NCBI GenBank assembly: GCA_965644295.1
Contig: CBFFRP010000149.1
Location: 62,001-126,000 of the forward strand
Direction: 5' to 3'
From: Paraphysomonas bandaiensis
Taxonomy: Eukaryota > Protista > Chrysophyceae
DNA: 64,000 nucleotides
The first letter of the stretch is position 1; the number at the start of each line of letters is the position of its first letter. Position numbers and translations under genes: made by a program. Shown here in pieces: positions 32,985 through 45,969 of the stretch. A model generated the notes under the pieces. It was not told the DNA's origin, searched no databases, and worked only from the letters and a program-made list of their open reading frames with translations.

Positions 32985-33725
32985 CACATGCACGCCTCCC
33001 CCATCCCTGGTTTCACACCGCCATAAACTAGCAAAAGCCGCATGGAATCCACACACACCCCAGGTTGAGCGCTACTGAACCGGCCACATTACTGCCACAC
33101 AACTGGCCGACGCATTCGGACGCCACATATCCAGTTCACTGCCCGAACATCAGTTCCACGCCCTCGAAAAATCCGTAACCTCTATCCTGCTTCCCCAATA
33201 TGATGGAGGGCTCCGCATGCTTCGAAACAGAGGACTCAGACACCACAACACACAGACACGGCACCAATAACACCGATTACGACCCCACCACACTCACAGC
33301 AACGCCAGTCACAGGATACTCACCCGACACCTAAAATACTCCAACTACTCGAAGTGACATCCACCCCAAGAATTCTATCCTCTGCAAGAGTCCAAACCTG
33401 ACAGAAACAAGCGCCACCACTCCGGAAACAACTCCTCCTTACTTGTGGCCGAAATCCCACCTCGACAACCAGCACCATCTCCACCACCGACTTACGCTCA
33501 AATATACACCCATGATACAGGCCCGCCAGACACACTGCCCAAAGGCAGACCCCCCGACTAACCTCACTACAAGGGATGGTTGCACCATGGTGCTCGCAGC
33601 GATGCACAAACAGTCCCGAGACGGCTGCCCGCCACTAGTAGTACATAGTGAGCCCAGTTTAGTCAGCCTATAGTTATAATACTAGTTTCTGTACCCAACC
33701 GTTCTCATGTAATAACCAGACTTTC
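32985..33725 (+). mobile_element. Degenerate LINE-like 3' fragment
   Basis: C/A-rich broken ORF (...AAWNPHTPQVERY*TG...) ending DTLPKGRPPD* at ~33561, then GGATGGTTGCACCATGGTGCTCGCAGCGATGCACAAACAG, a variant of the shared tail core. Confidence 0.6.
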
Positions 33726-34363
33726 TTATATTATATTTACTGTGGTAAAACTCAAATATTATATTTACTGTGGTAAATATATATGCAGCTATTATATATA
33801 TGCCAAAGGATCAAGCACAAGTTAATAAAATGATAAACAAAGACCTTAGATCATCAGTTAATAAAGCCAAACAAGACGTAAGCAAGCACACAGAAATTAA
33901 ACGTAAACAAGTGGCCAAGAAAATAAATACAGAGGCCACGAAAGCCAAGAAGAAGATTAAGGGAAAGATCAAATAATTTGAAGGAAATAATAATTTTGAT
34001 ATAAAAATTTATATATGTAATGATTAATTTTTATAGAAACTATACGGTTTTAGATTCGGATTTAGATATAACGGAATATGCTCCATGCTTTCATATAAAA
34101 AGACGTGTGTAATAAAATTAGAATCAGATTCAGAGACAGAACTTGTATATAAACTCAGAGTTACATATGAACCCGAGCGATTTTCAAATAAAAATTATAA
34201 AGGTAAAAAAGAAAAAGATAAAAGTTTTACTTGTGTTTTTACATTAGTTATCGCTAATTCAGAAAGTGCGAAGGTATTTCATTAAACCAAACTATAATTA
34301 CACTTTTAAGTAAGTAGTCAAATACCCAGGTCAAAAAGTGTTAAAGCATAATTACTTTCCACG

Positions 34364-35560
34364 TTATTTAGATTTCAAAAATGTCATACCAAAATCGTTG
34401 CTCTCAGAACATCCTTCATCATTGCATTTATACTTTTCAATATCTATTCCATGCTTCGCTAATAAGCATTCCAATACAACAGTGCGGTGGTGGGAATACA
34501 AACGTTTGCCTCCACCGTTTCCATGCCACACAACTGGGTCAGATGCCATAGAACTAATGATAGGGTACGCAGGCGAGTTTCTGGTATTATTGGGATTTCG
34601 CCTTATGGCGCATGAGTCTGCGTCCACATATATACCACTCCGTCGAGTGACCATCGGAGTTATATCCGAGCAGTGAAAATTGAAATCATGCGATACGTTG
34701 GTGACTAACTTATCAGATGTTCTGCATACATATGGGCTCTTGCTTCCTGGTCTGAACTGAGGATCAAACACTTGATAAGTTCCAAACAGCGTTTGCCGTA
34801 TATCCAGTGCAACGATTTGAGGTCTTTCCAGTGAATACACTGCAACAGCATACTGGTCGTCAAATTTGGACTGGCCCGTGTGTGTGGTAATGAAATACAT
34901 GGCACTAGAAGTTGTAATATTCTCAAGCATTTGGACAATGGCCGCAAGGGATCCCATGATAGCTCCGGAGTTTACGAAAACACTATACGCCGGTGGAGTA
35001 TTCGCATACATTGTGTAGACATCACTTTCACTGCAATACCTACCAAGCCAGCAGTTGGTCTCCGTGGCCACAACTAACTCTTTCCCATTTCTTGCCTCGT
35101 CATATTTTCTCCATACGTCATGCACAGTTGGATTCGTCCACAATGTGTCACTGTCTATAAGAATTACATGAGCATCATTAACGTTTCGGCCTGCCCGTGT
35201 CTCTTCTGTCTTAACTGCATTAACAGCTGCTAAATAACTTAATGGTTTCGCTAAAAATTTAGTTGTACTTCTACATAAGAGAAATAAATTACATCACATC
35301 ACACTCAATGAACTGAACTGAACTTACTTCGAATCCCATCGAGCTTGTAGAATATTAACACGAACATTATGATCTGATCGTAACTGTGTCAGTGATTGAT
35401 TCCATACATTCATATAACGCCAAAACTTTATCCCTATTCTACTTTCAACACAAAATATATATAATCTTCTAGGGTCACTCTGTGCAGCAGAAATATCATG
35501 GAAACTTACTAGATTTAATAATAAAATCAATAGAGCGGCACCACTAGAATACAGTCGCAT
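34364..35560 (-). CDS. PLOD-type (GT-A fold) glycosyltransferase-like secreted or type II protein, 2 exons
   Basis: N-terminal signal/anchor; intron 35271-35327 joins the exons in frame; motifs ILIDSDTL (DxD), VVATETNCW, FVNSGAIMG, FDDQY, VALDIRQTLF. Confidence 0.7.
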
Positions 35561-35766
35561 ATTGAGATGTTAATACCACCAGCTCAATATATTAGAGTGG
35601 GGAAATGGATCAAAGCATGAGCCATATTCAACTGATCAGTTCATACATATAGCTACTGCTGTATGCGTATGTGTGTCAGTTAATCAGTTTAATCAGTGCC
35701 AGAAAATGTATATAATTTATTATGATATTATATATAACAAATTAAGAGCTCTGAAATAAGTCGATA

Positions 35767-35838
35767 TCCCGATTAGTCCAGTGGTTAGGATATAGCCCTC
35801 TCAAGGCTGAGACCCGGGTTCAATTCCCGGATCGGGAA
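35767..35838 (+). tRNA. tRNA-Glu (CTC)
   Basis: 72 nt; acceptor stem TCCCGAT/ATCGGGA; D arm TAGTCCAGTGGTTAGGATA; anticodon loop CT-CTC-AA; T arm CCGGGTTCAATTCCCGG; downstream T7 terminator. Confidence 0.96.
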
Positions 35839-36210
35839 ACCTTTTTTGATGTCGTTTTTGATAAAATCTAGATATTTTTTGCACCACCAAAAAATCATAT
35901 TTCACCCTGAAAAAATGCTTTATACTGATATGAATGATAGAATTAATCCATCTTTTCCACCGTTAAAAGTTGTTTTCATGAAATCCAGAGTCACCCTTTT
36001 GAAGTTTCTCTGGATTTCCCTATGACACACAACCCCTTGTATATAAAGGACAACTCGACATACGTACGAAGGATAAGTTTTAAGGTTCAAGATCAGAAAA
36101 AGGTAAAAACCGAGAAAAATGGCATCCCAACTGGAGATGTTCTTAACAAGTTAATTTAGTAGATTGTTCATTTATATATACCTTTTTTACCGACTTATCA
36201 TAAGTCCTCA

Positions 36211-36282
36211 TCCCGATTAGTCCAGTGGTTAGGATATGGCCCTTTCAAGGCTGAGACCCGGGTTCAATTCCCGGATCGGGAA
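36211..36282 (+). tRNA. tRNA-Glu (TTC)
   Basis: Same body as 35767-35838 with anticodon loop CT-TTC-AA; downstream T7 terminator. Confidence 0.96.
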
Positions 36283-36539
36283 AACTTTTTTTGTAAATTT
36301 ACTTCTGTTTTTTTTTGCTGTTGTGGAGTAACGTTGCGCCTATGTATACACAGCAGTATATGTATATGTATATTATGTATGGTGTTTTACGTACAGCAGA
36401 GTGTCTATGGAACAATATGTACATTACACAAGCTCATCTAACCAGCACAACATGTCACTAAGTTTTAATGTAATTTTCTAATTCTTCAAATGCACTAGTA
36501 ACAGGCCTTGATATTGTATATTAATCTGACGTGTGGGGT

Positions 36540-37986
36540 ATGGCGTACATGTATGTTCAGCGTCTGCTGGTTGTTTTATGGATGGCCTCACTGTGTGCGG
36601 GCGGTATGTTGATTTTTTGTCATTTCTTTGTCGATTTATTTGATTCTGGTGTAGATTTTGTGTATGTAGACTTCAATGAGACGACTGGACTAGTATTCAA
36701 TGGTGACGCAGGAACAACTGTCTGCAGGGACGATCCCTTGGTATGATACACTACATGTATGCCTTATGACAACAATAATATTGACTCAACAGCTACGATA
36801 TGGTGATATACAAGGAAAAGCAGATCTATTTGATGAAGGAGGATCATCTGTTGAGCGTGGGGAGACCACGGATCTCACTTTCGAGAGTACTGTCGAGACC
36901 AATTTGGCAATATACAATGAGGAAATTGAGAAGTACCTATCGGGTTTTTTGCATAGAGGCTCCACTGTCACATCTCCGGAGAGTTGTAAAGGGCGTATTC
37001 GTTTGACCCCCTCAGGTCCACACAAGGCAGGGTCCATATGGTACCGCGACGATGTGCCCGTGAACAACGGTTTCGACACATATTTCACCTTCCAGATATC
37101 CGACCACTCTAAGGAGTGCACAGTCCACAAAGATCAGTATTTTACTCAGCAGCATCATCGTACATGTTCAGTACGTGGTGGAGATGGATTTGCTTTCGTT
37201 ATTCAGAATGGGCCTGACAATACAGCTGCGCTTGGGGAGAATGGCGGACAGATGGGTTTCGGAGGACTCGAAAACTCCCTTGCTATCGCCTTTGATACAT
37301 GGCAGAACCCAGGGGATGACCTATTTGGGGTGGATCATGTTAGTTTTCAGTCTAGAGGTAGAAGTGCTCCTAATGACGGCTTGGATGCTGGATTGTTGGG
37401 CATCCCGCGAGTAGCGGAGTTGGCCGACGGGGATGTACATTTGGTGCGGATCACATACTTCAGTGACTTGCGAGCAGAGTATCTAGACTACCTGGTGGCT
37501 TCAGAGAGCATTATCCCGTATCTACTGGATAATGGTGAGCAAAAACGTATCGGTACACTTGTCGTATTCATTGACAAGGGTGTGGAGACAGGAACGCCAT
37601 TAATGGCCATGCCCATAAACCTCTCCCTACTTTTAGACCTACCCACAGATAAGGCATTTGTAGGCTTCACGAGTTCTACTGGCCGTTTTTTTGAAAAACA
37701 CGATCTTCTGAGTTGGTACTTCTGTAACGAGGAACCTTGCATCAAGGACCATAAGCTCGAATTCGATTACCATCAGGAGTCCAAGTGGTATTCTGGTGCA
37801 GTGCTGCGACAGGCGCTTCAGGGTGAGGGGTATGGTGGCGGTATGAACTCGGAGGGATTTCCGTCCCGTCATTCTAGTCCGGACACTGATCCTTGGGAGA
37901 AACCAATGGAGCACTTCGCTTCTGGCAGGCATCACGGATTGTCCTCACAGGGGGCTCAACAGGTGCCCCCCGCTACCCTTTACTAA
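36540..37986 (+). CDS. Secreted legume-type (L-type) lectin domain protein, 3 exons
   Basis: Signal peptide; DFNETTGLVFNGDA; RIRLTPS...AGSIWY...GFDTYFTFQI; GGDGFAFVIQ; SLAIAFDT; AFVGFTSSTG...HDLLSWYF. Introns at 36604-36654 and ~36741-36792. Confidence 0.85.
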
Positions 37987-38369
37987 GCTTGAGTGCTTGT
38001 CCCCAGTCATTGGTACATGTACTTCCAATTCCAACAAAACACAAGCCTTTCTAGATTTTTGTGGTATATTTTCGTACTACTTAAACGGAGAGACCCAAGT
38101 GTATATATTTTGGTGCTATTGTGGTGTTTTATTAGTGTTTAGAAGTAGGCAAAACTACAGAATCTCATGACGTACACCCTTGGGGATAGTTGTGAAGACT
38201 TTACTACTACTGTTGTTCTTTATGTTGTCAACCACGAATAATCAGTCAATTATTTTAAAGCAAAATGTAATATTTTTTAATCACTGTAATGCCTGATACG
38301 ATAACTCCAAGCAACAATGGCGGCACACTAATCGTACTATTACACAGATAACTAACTTGGCCTAAAAAT

Positions 38370-38746
38370 TAAATACTTCTCCGGGAAACTAAAGTTAGCC
38401 GCATATATCATAGTCAGCAGATAACGTTCTGCCCACTCATAGCCAAATGCTTTCGTAGCACAAGAGTCACTAATATAAGTGTCACTTGTGTACGTCTCTG
38501 GGCCTTGACGATTAAACAGGCATCCGGGAATTGGGCTGCCAGCTGAAGTCAAGCATCCGGGCTGTTCACCTTAAGGACAGAAAGCGAATGTGGTTTCACC
38601 TTGGTGCTTGCGGTGACGCACAAGAAGTAGCTTTTGTAGAGCAAAAAGTAGTAGGATATGAGAGTTAAGCACTAGTTAGTTAAATTGTGTTGCTACATTA
38701 GTTCTGACTCTTACACGCCTATTGCTAATAATCAGGCATTCACTAT
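38370..38746 (+). mobile_element. SINE-like dispersed repeat, copy 5
   Basis: TAGTCAGCAGATAACGTTCTGCCC...CACCTTGGTGCTTGCGGTGACGCACAAG...CGCCTATTGCTAATAATCAGGCATTCACTA. Confidence 0.65.
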
Positions 38747-39049
38747 TACATGTGATGTGGAATACAAAAGCGCTAGTCGCACAATATAATAGCTACTTCA
38801 TTTTCTGGGAACACAAATTCAAATATTGTTTATCCATTGCCATTTTGGAAACTGACGTGCCGTAAGACAAGTAGAGTAACTACTAAGTACACATTTAATA
38901 AACTTGCGAAAACATTCTAGTTGTTCATTTCCATTCTTATTAGTTGTATTTCGACTAGGCGATACAACATTACAGTACTATTAAATTTTAGTTTATTCAA
39001 AATATATGACAAGTTAAATTAAGACTGTATGACCTGCTTATACCGATTT

Positions 39050-39131
39050 CACTAGTATGTCTAGCATTCTTCTAGCCACTAATTGATGCAAGGTCTCAAC
39101 GCCTATTGCTAAATAATCAGACATTCACTAT
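39050..39131 (+). mobile_element. Extreme 3' tip of the LINE-like family (heavily 5'-truncated)
   Basis: CTAGCATTCTTCTAGCCACTAATTG...CAACGCCTATTGCTAAATAATCAGACATTCA matches the reverse complement of 8990-9066. Confidence 0.7.
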
Positions 39132-39386
39132 ACCGATTTCCATAACTAACTGATATATATCACACCTTTTGAAGTGTTCAACAATAGAATATGTATGACA
39201 CCCGCTTGATATAATAAATACGCAGATTTTAAAGTAGTTTCAAATTAGTGTTGTAGCGTCTCCTATGGTTGAAGACTAATATACAACAATTCGGCAGATG
39301 GATATATTTTACTACGATTTTACCAGAGTTACAAGGTGACAATCAAAGTACCACCACGGAAAAGTGTTATTCCAGCAAGTAACAAA

Positions 39387-41210
39387 CTAGAACTTAAAAT
39401 CTTTATGTCTCTTTGACACAGGTCCACTTTCAGCTCTGCGCTTACGTTTAACCCGTGGGTCATTCCTATCATCATCATAATCATCTCTGTGCTGCGACTC
39501 CAGTTGTGACTCATAAGTGTCCTTGAGAGTGTCCTGTTGGCCCAATTCGTGAATCTCATTCTCCAGTTGGTCAGGGTTGATGGAAACTTGAACATCTCCT
39601 CTGCCCGGGAGAACATAAGTTTTGTCTGAGCCGTAAATCTGCCCGCTCGCCGTGCTGCGTTTCTCTTGAACTACATGGTAAAGCTCTCTAGATGTGCCGA
39701 TGTCAGGTGTTTCTGTGCCCCCCTCTCGTTTGCGCAGGTCGATAACAGTGTCCGGTGTCTCCATACCAGAAGTCACTGAGCTGGTACCAGATATTGTGAG
39801 CGGAGTGTCCATACCGCTAGTGTCTCTCTCCCTACCCCGCGGGACACGCTCCTCTTCTTCCTCCTCGTCACTTTCTTCCTCACTTTCCTCCTCACTTTCA
39901 CTGCTCTCTGCACCGAGCTCACCCCAGTGAGAGCGATCCACACTCTCCAATACGCTCTTGTCTTCCTTCTCATAAGTGCCGAACACATCCCCATACAGTG
40001 GGCGCCCATACTCGTCAACTGGGGGTTTTCCCCAACCACCTGGATGGTATCCGTATGATGCACCCTCCGGGATAGGTGCATTCAACCCTACAGGAACAAG
40101 ATGACATGTAAGTGCACAACCGGACGATTCAGAGTACAGTGCATGCAGCTAGAAGCAAGTATTGACATACCGGGAATACGGAGGTGAGGATAAGATGGAG
40201 GTGGACCATATCTCTGCATGTTAATCAGCCACGGTGGTGGGGCATTTTCAAGCGTCCCAAGAGCCGCCACGAGCTCCTCTGACAATATACCAGGCTTCTT
40301 TTCTTTCATATCAACCTACACACACCAAATAAAAAACTCATATACATGATCCGGCATCAAATTCGACACACAGCCCATTATAGGCGCTTCACATAGATAC
40401 TGCGTAATGTCATACCTCGAATTCCTTTCCTTCGTAATACAGGTCACCATGTGCAGACATCTTCGGCTTTGTCTGATACTTAAAGAAGGCATCATGCAGG
40501 ACCTGATAGTCAATGTCTATTTTTCCCATCTTAGGAGTAAGCTTATCCCTCGCCTTCTGTTTGCTCTTCTTGAGAAGTTCAGACTCGAGGACGGACTCTC
40601 TAATTTTCGCGATACCGGTGTCAGCTATAAAATCCGGAAGTTGAAAGGGAGGCTTTTCAATACCACGCTTGCCTTGAAGGTACTTGCGCTTATGACACCA
40701 ATGTCTGGGCACAGGAACAGTGTTTCGATATGCCTTCAAGTATACCAGAAGACGAGGATCACTGGAAGTGACATCATGGGCTTCAACCACATCAGGTCGT
40801 TGAACAAGCTGCTTCAACTCTGCGACACTCAACCGACTCATCAATCTTTTTTTCTTCTTTGACAATTTCTTCGTTGTACTAACTTCCTCTGGTTGGGTTA
40901 CAACCACATCTTCCTCCTTTTCTTTTCCTTCATGAGCGGGAGTATCCTCAGCAGTGTCTTTAGTCAGCTCCTCTGCATTGGCAAATTTAGCAAATATATC
41001 TTTAAACTGAGCAAGAACGGGATCCTCTGCAGCCATTGCCTCTACATCCGCTGAGACATATTCCACCTCTACACCACTCTCATTAGGAGTAGAATTGGAT
41101 GTATCGGGTGTGGGGTCGGGTTTAGTTTTTTCATCTGTATGAGAGAGTTTTTTCTTCTGGCGACGCTTCTCATTCTTAGTGAGACGACGAGACGGTGGAT
41201 TGCTCGCCAT
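39387..41210 (-). CDS. SF3B2: Splicing factor 3B subunit 2 (SAP145/Cus1), 3 exons
   Basis: LSVAELKQLVQRPDVVEAHDVT, VPVPRHWCHKRKYLQGKRG, GDLYYEGKEFE, PPPWLINMQRYGPPPSYP, GWGKPPVDEYGRPLYGDVFG, C-terminal KDFKF; introns 40316-40415 and 40088-40170. Confidence 0.97.
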
Positions 41211-41878
41211 TTTATGGCTCAGTATGTAAGAAATGATTGAAAGTTTGGTATGTCTATAGTTTACTTCATGTAGACATGCACTGATTGCACAAACGCTTTA
41301 GGTGTCAAGTATACACAGTACCACAATGCCACAGATATGTGCAGTGTATATACGATACAGTATACATTGCAAGAGGTGTATACCGCTGTATAGGCACACG
41401 TGTGTATGTATGAGACTTGTCTTGTATTCTGTCCACTACAACATGTATTTTGAAAGATGTCATTGATACAGGACTGTATATACCTGTATTATGCACAACT
41501 ACGTTGTATATGTGTGGGGTTGAGACAGATTTGTGGCCATCACCTATCTATGTGTCACCAAATCTGTCGTACAAAAATTCCGGTAATGAGATTTTCCTTC
41601 TACAAAAAATAGCCAATTTCAACAGATTTTGAATGGAATATATCAAATATATCAAATTTCTCCAATATTTTACCACTTCTACTGTCATATAGAGATTGTG
41701 AATAAAACTGAAATTTCTGTTCAGGATACTCTCAGTGCTATAAGCTGTTGTTGCATGAGAGTACTCTATACACATACACATATATACACTACACACACAT
41801 CTCCCATCTCGAATACTTGTCTCCTTCTTTGCATTGTAGAGGCATTAACAGTACGTGCTGTTATTTTGAATCAGAAAT

Positions 41879-42405
41879 ATGGGGTTTCTTGCTTCTTTGA
41901 GAAGATTTGGATTGCGTTACAGAGAACGCGTTAAGAGAGTGTGGTTTTATAAGAATTGGCGTGCGAGTAGTTTGAAGAAGCGCGAAGCGCGATTGAAATA
42001 TTATGGTATGCATATACCAGATATAATATGCAATATAATTCATTTTATTTTATTAGGTCTCAATGCAGATGACATCAGGATAGAGTATCCTCATGTTCAG
42101 GTAGCTCTCGAGAGATTGAGCCCTGAGGAGAAGTTGGCAAGGTGAAACCCTTTATCGAGTTTATAAAATTGTAATAACGGGAGATAATGTAATTAGAGAG
42201 CGCCGCATTCTTCGGGCTTTTGATTTATCCGCAAAGAAGAAGGGCATGCCAGAGGATCAGCAGTTTGATCCTTACGCGAATGTATGTTATTAGTATATAC
42301 GGTTGATCTGAGTAATTGTTCTAATTTACGTAGCGCTATTTGCAAGACCTCGTAAAGGATGCTAAGGAGGAGCAGAATATAAGAAAGGCTATCAACCACT
42401 ATTAG
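41879..42405 (+). CDS. QCR7: Cytochrome b-c1 complex subunit 7, 4 exons
   Basis: Spliced LKYYG|LNADDIRIEYPHVQVALERLSPEEKLAR|ERRILRAFDLSAKKKGMPEDQQFDPY..|YLQDLVKDAKEEQNIR matches the UQCRB pattern. Confidence 0.85.
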
Positions 42406-43014
42406 ATCTTGTTGAATGGAGATGGTACCATACAGCATAGCTATTCACTGCTATATGCAATGGTTCGCGAATACTTGTCAATCTTGGCATCACATAGTGC
42501 GTGCTCTTGTATAACGAATGCAAAAAAATAATGTGATTCTTTGCTTACTGTTATCGTGGTGCTGTATTATACAAACTATAGAGTAGTACACTTTGTGTAT
42601 GTAGATCTGTAGATCTAGGGTTCTGGTAGACTGATTGTACGGCATGGTAGTGTCAGGGTCATTGTTGCGAGCCCGAGCTACGGAATAGAATAGATAGAAA
42701 AATCATAATATCCACATCCAGGAAAAGTATGACCTTTCCTTAGGGAATGTACACGTAGCTTGATATCATTCTTGACACCTATGTATTCCTGTGGACCCCT
42801 ACCAGTGTCGTGCTTCCGTTTTCCATGTCGCCCGAATTTAACTCTCTGGAACAAGGGCTTGAAAGACTAGCTTACTGGTTTGTGTCCTTATTGCTATATA
42901 TAGAACTGATACAAATTTATTTGCTGGTAGTTATTTCTTGTAATAAGAATATATCATGCTAATCAACTTCTGTCCTTCAACTTCTACCGTATAACATTTT
43001 ATCTCATTTGTGTA

Positions 43015-43360
43015 TCATAGTATGATTGTACGGTGTCACTTTTAAACCTACTAAATTTCCTTTGTTTCTACTAAACTGAAAAGTGCCACCTTTTCCTACT
43101 AAATTTTTGAGATGTTTCTTCTAAACTAAAAATGGCGTTTGAACTGTATTGAAGTTTAGTAGAGTCGATATAATTTTCAACTTAGTAGAAATGTATCCTA
43201 AACTTAGTAGGCTCAGCTGCCATTTATAGTTTAGTTTAGTTTAGTTTAGTAGGAACATCTACAAAATTTAGTAGGAACGTAACAAATGACACTTTTTAGT
43301 TTTGTAGGAACGTCGGATAAATATTGTAGGGACAAATATATTTCCGTATGATCGTATGGT
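43015..43360. mobile_element. MITE-like foldback element with CTACTAAA/TTTAGTAG subterminal repeats
   Basis: The left arm carries repeated CTACTAAA and the right arm repeated TTTAGTAG; the ends TATGATTGTACGG / CCGTATGATCGTA are imperfect inverted repeats. Confidence 0.65.
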
Positions 43361-44089
43361 TAATGCTTGTACAGAAATTTCCGTAGCTCTTGGAGATATG
43401 AAGCAACAATTAGCTGGTACTATGCTGATAATACGACACATTCAAACTGACACTTCTTTTGGTTATTATAAACAGTAGTCAAGAAGACAGTGCATACTCA
43501 ACGACATAATATAGTAATGTAAGAGCTTTAAGATGAGCAGGTCCGGAAAGTTTTCGTAGAGCATACCGAGAGATGTGTCCTGTCAAATGTTTTAGTAATA
43601 CTGTTGTACTACTGTATTATATCTTAAATTGTCGTGGAAGTATTGTGCTTTGAGTATAATAGTTAAGATTATCATGTTTATGACTACGTAAGTGTATAAT
43701 AATTATAGTAGTGAGACAGAAATATAATTTATTGACCATATAAGATCGTGATATTATATTTAAGATTGTATGAAAATGATTGGTAGTTGAGACAGCATGA
43801 ATTAGGCAAATGACAACAAAATCATAATAATTTACTAATTTATATTTCAAGAATGGAGTGTATGTCAAAGTTCAGTTAAAAACCATCCAATTATGTCAAA
43901 ACTTGACATACTATACAAGTATCTACTGTGTTTCCCTAGATATTCATGATACTTGAGTGTTTGTTTCATAGAATTCATTGATAATACAGTACTATACGTT
44001 TTGTTTATTTTAGTTTTAGCTACACCATGTATTGCATTAGTTAAATACTACTATTGCTATTGCGATATAATATATGGAGAAACTAGTAC

Positions 44090-44700
44090 AAACGTAGTGA
44101 CATGATTCGGTTCAACAATACTATTGCGTCTATTTGATTTTGAATATATTTGATGAAACATTATTTAGTTTATTTAATAATTATTCATCATTAAATATTT
44201 GTTATTCCTCCATCTCTGATTATTAAACAATAATTTATTCTGTTTACTCATGTTATTAAATATTGTTTGCTTGATTCATAGTTATCATATTATGCTGTTT
44301 TAAAGTCAGTTGTAAAAACAACAGTTTGTTCACTTTATATTTAGAAATATTATTATTGATATTTGAACACTTCCTGAAATTTTTGTATTTGTTTCATTAC
44401 AAGAATATTGTTGCTTTTATTTTGGTATTTTTGATATCTTTTTTAAAATTATCTGTCATTGCTGTCGTTTGTATTGAACCATCATTAAGTTTTAGTGTTC
44501 CTTCTCCATATAAATATACTGATATATTAACATAAGATTTCCACACATTCTATCTCTACTCTTTTGTATGTATAACTAGTTAAATCAATATCAACTATCC
44601 TATCTTTTATATTTGTATAGTCCAATGGATTAAACACACTGTTTTGTGTTTTGGGTAAATGTTCATCATATATTAATACTATAATATTATGATATTATTT
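44090..44700 (-). pseudogene. Possible decayed viral (Polinton-like virus/virophage-type) fibre gene fragment
   Basis: Very AT-rich broken frames give SVFNPLDY, KLNDGSIQTTAMT and LNNVSSNI/QNQID, motifs I associate with PLV or phage fibre proteins; recognised from memory only. Confidence 0.35.
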
Positions 44701-44961
44701 AATGTGGACAATAACAAATTTTCTTATAACATGTATACGCCATGAAGGTCTATCATTAATATTGCTAATCACTGCAATCTGATATTACACATTTTCTGCA
44801 CTCTTCACCCAACCAGTTTTATATTTCTTTCTCTATGACATACGTTTTCAATGTGGCTCATACTACATTTAAAATATTCTACAATCACATCATTGTTAAT
44901 AAGATTTACCACATAAAATAAGATAAGTTGAAACTACTATGTCAAGAAAAAAATTTTAATT

Positions 44962-45969
44962 CTACTTATTTTTGTTTTTGATACGTTTAAGATCAGATTT
45001 ACTAGATATAGCAGTCCCCATCCAGTAATCTATTGAATCAATAGATGTGCCATAATTGCAATCAAAATGTGCATGATGCAGCTGATGGAAAGAGTCGCCA
45101 CTCCCAGGGAAGGTGAATCCATCATGTCCAAGCCAAGCTCCCACAGCGCAGTCAATAATGCAAGCGAGAACAATAGAAGGGTGGCAACCAAAGGGCACGG
45201 CGATGAAACATGCGGAATAGTATAAAGTAGACTCGACAGGATGCATGCTGGTACCGCTGAAGGCAGTTGGATTGTAACTCTTGTGATGTAAGCTGTGCAC
45301 ATGAGTGTAAAGAATTTTCCCCAGGTCCGGTATGAAACTCGTTCTCCAGGGATGCATTACTCTATGCACAAGGTAGAAGTGGGGAACCCTCCAGTGTGTG
45401 ATGAACAGCACCCACAAAATATTGCCCACGGACCACGATAGATTACTGAACCGCGGGAATAAAGAATTACAGTATGCGTAACAGCAGAAACATTCAATTA
45501 AGGAAGCAGTACAGGTCGCACTAGTGGTCCATAAGGCATCGTGTATAAACTGACTCCTACTAGGATAGGAAGGGTTTATCTTATATGGGCTGAGTTTATC
45601 TTTTAGGGGACTAAAATATAGAAACCAATCCCAAAATCCACATATAACCCAAGTGGCGAGCACATTACGCAAAACAATTGGTAAGGTCCAGGACAGAGAC
45701 CACTCCTCAGCACCACCGAATGCAGGGTATATACCCCTTGGTTGAATGACTGGAGATATAACGTATATAGCAATATAGGACATTATAAAAGCTCTCACAG
45801 CTCCCAAAGCTACAGAGACATGGTCTAACAGACTTAAGTATGGGGGAGTATCCGCTGTAGTTGATGGAGATCTATCTTTCACTCCATCAGGTAGTTTTAT
45901 AGCTTCAATTATATTATAAACAGGCCATAGTATAGACGAATAGAATGGTGGGTCCATGTTATTGTCCAC
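44962..45969 (-). CDS. Fatty acid hydroxylase/sterol desaturase family protein (start uncertain)
   Basis: His boxes HFYLVHRVMH, VHSLHHKS and FHQLHHAHFDCNYG; several TM segments. Confidence 0.9.
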   Translation of the reverse strand: MDNNMDPPFYSSILWPVYNIIEAIKLPDGVKDRSPSTTADTPPYLSLLDHVSVALGAVRAFIMSYIAIYVISPVIQPRGIYPAFGGAEEWSLSWTLPIVLRNVLATWVICGFWDWFLYFSPLKDKLSPYKINPSYPSRSQFIHDALWTTSATCTASLIECFCCYAYCNSLFPRFSNLSWSVGNILWVLFITHWRVPHFYLVHRVMHPWRTSFIPDLGKILYTHVHSLHHKSYNPTAFSGTSMHPVESTLYYSACFIAVPFGCHPSIVLACIIDCAVGAWLGHDGFTFPGSGDSFHQLHHAHFDCNYGTSIDSIDYWMGTAISSKSDLKRIKNKNK

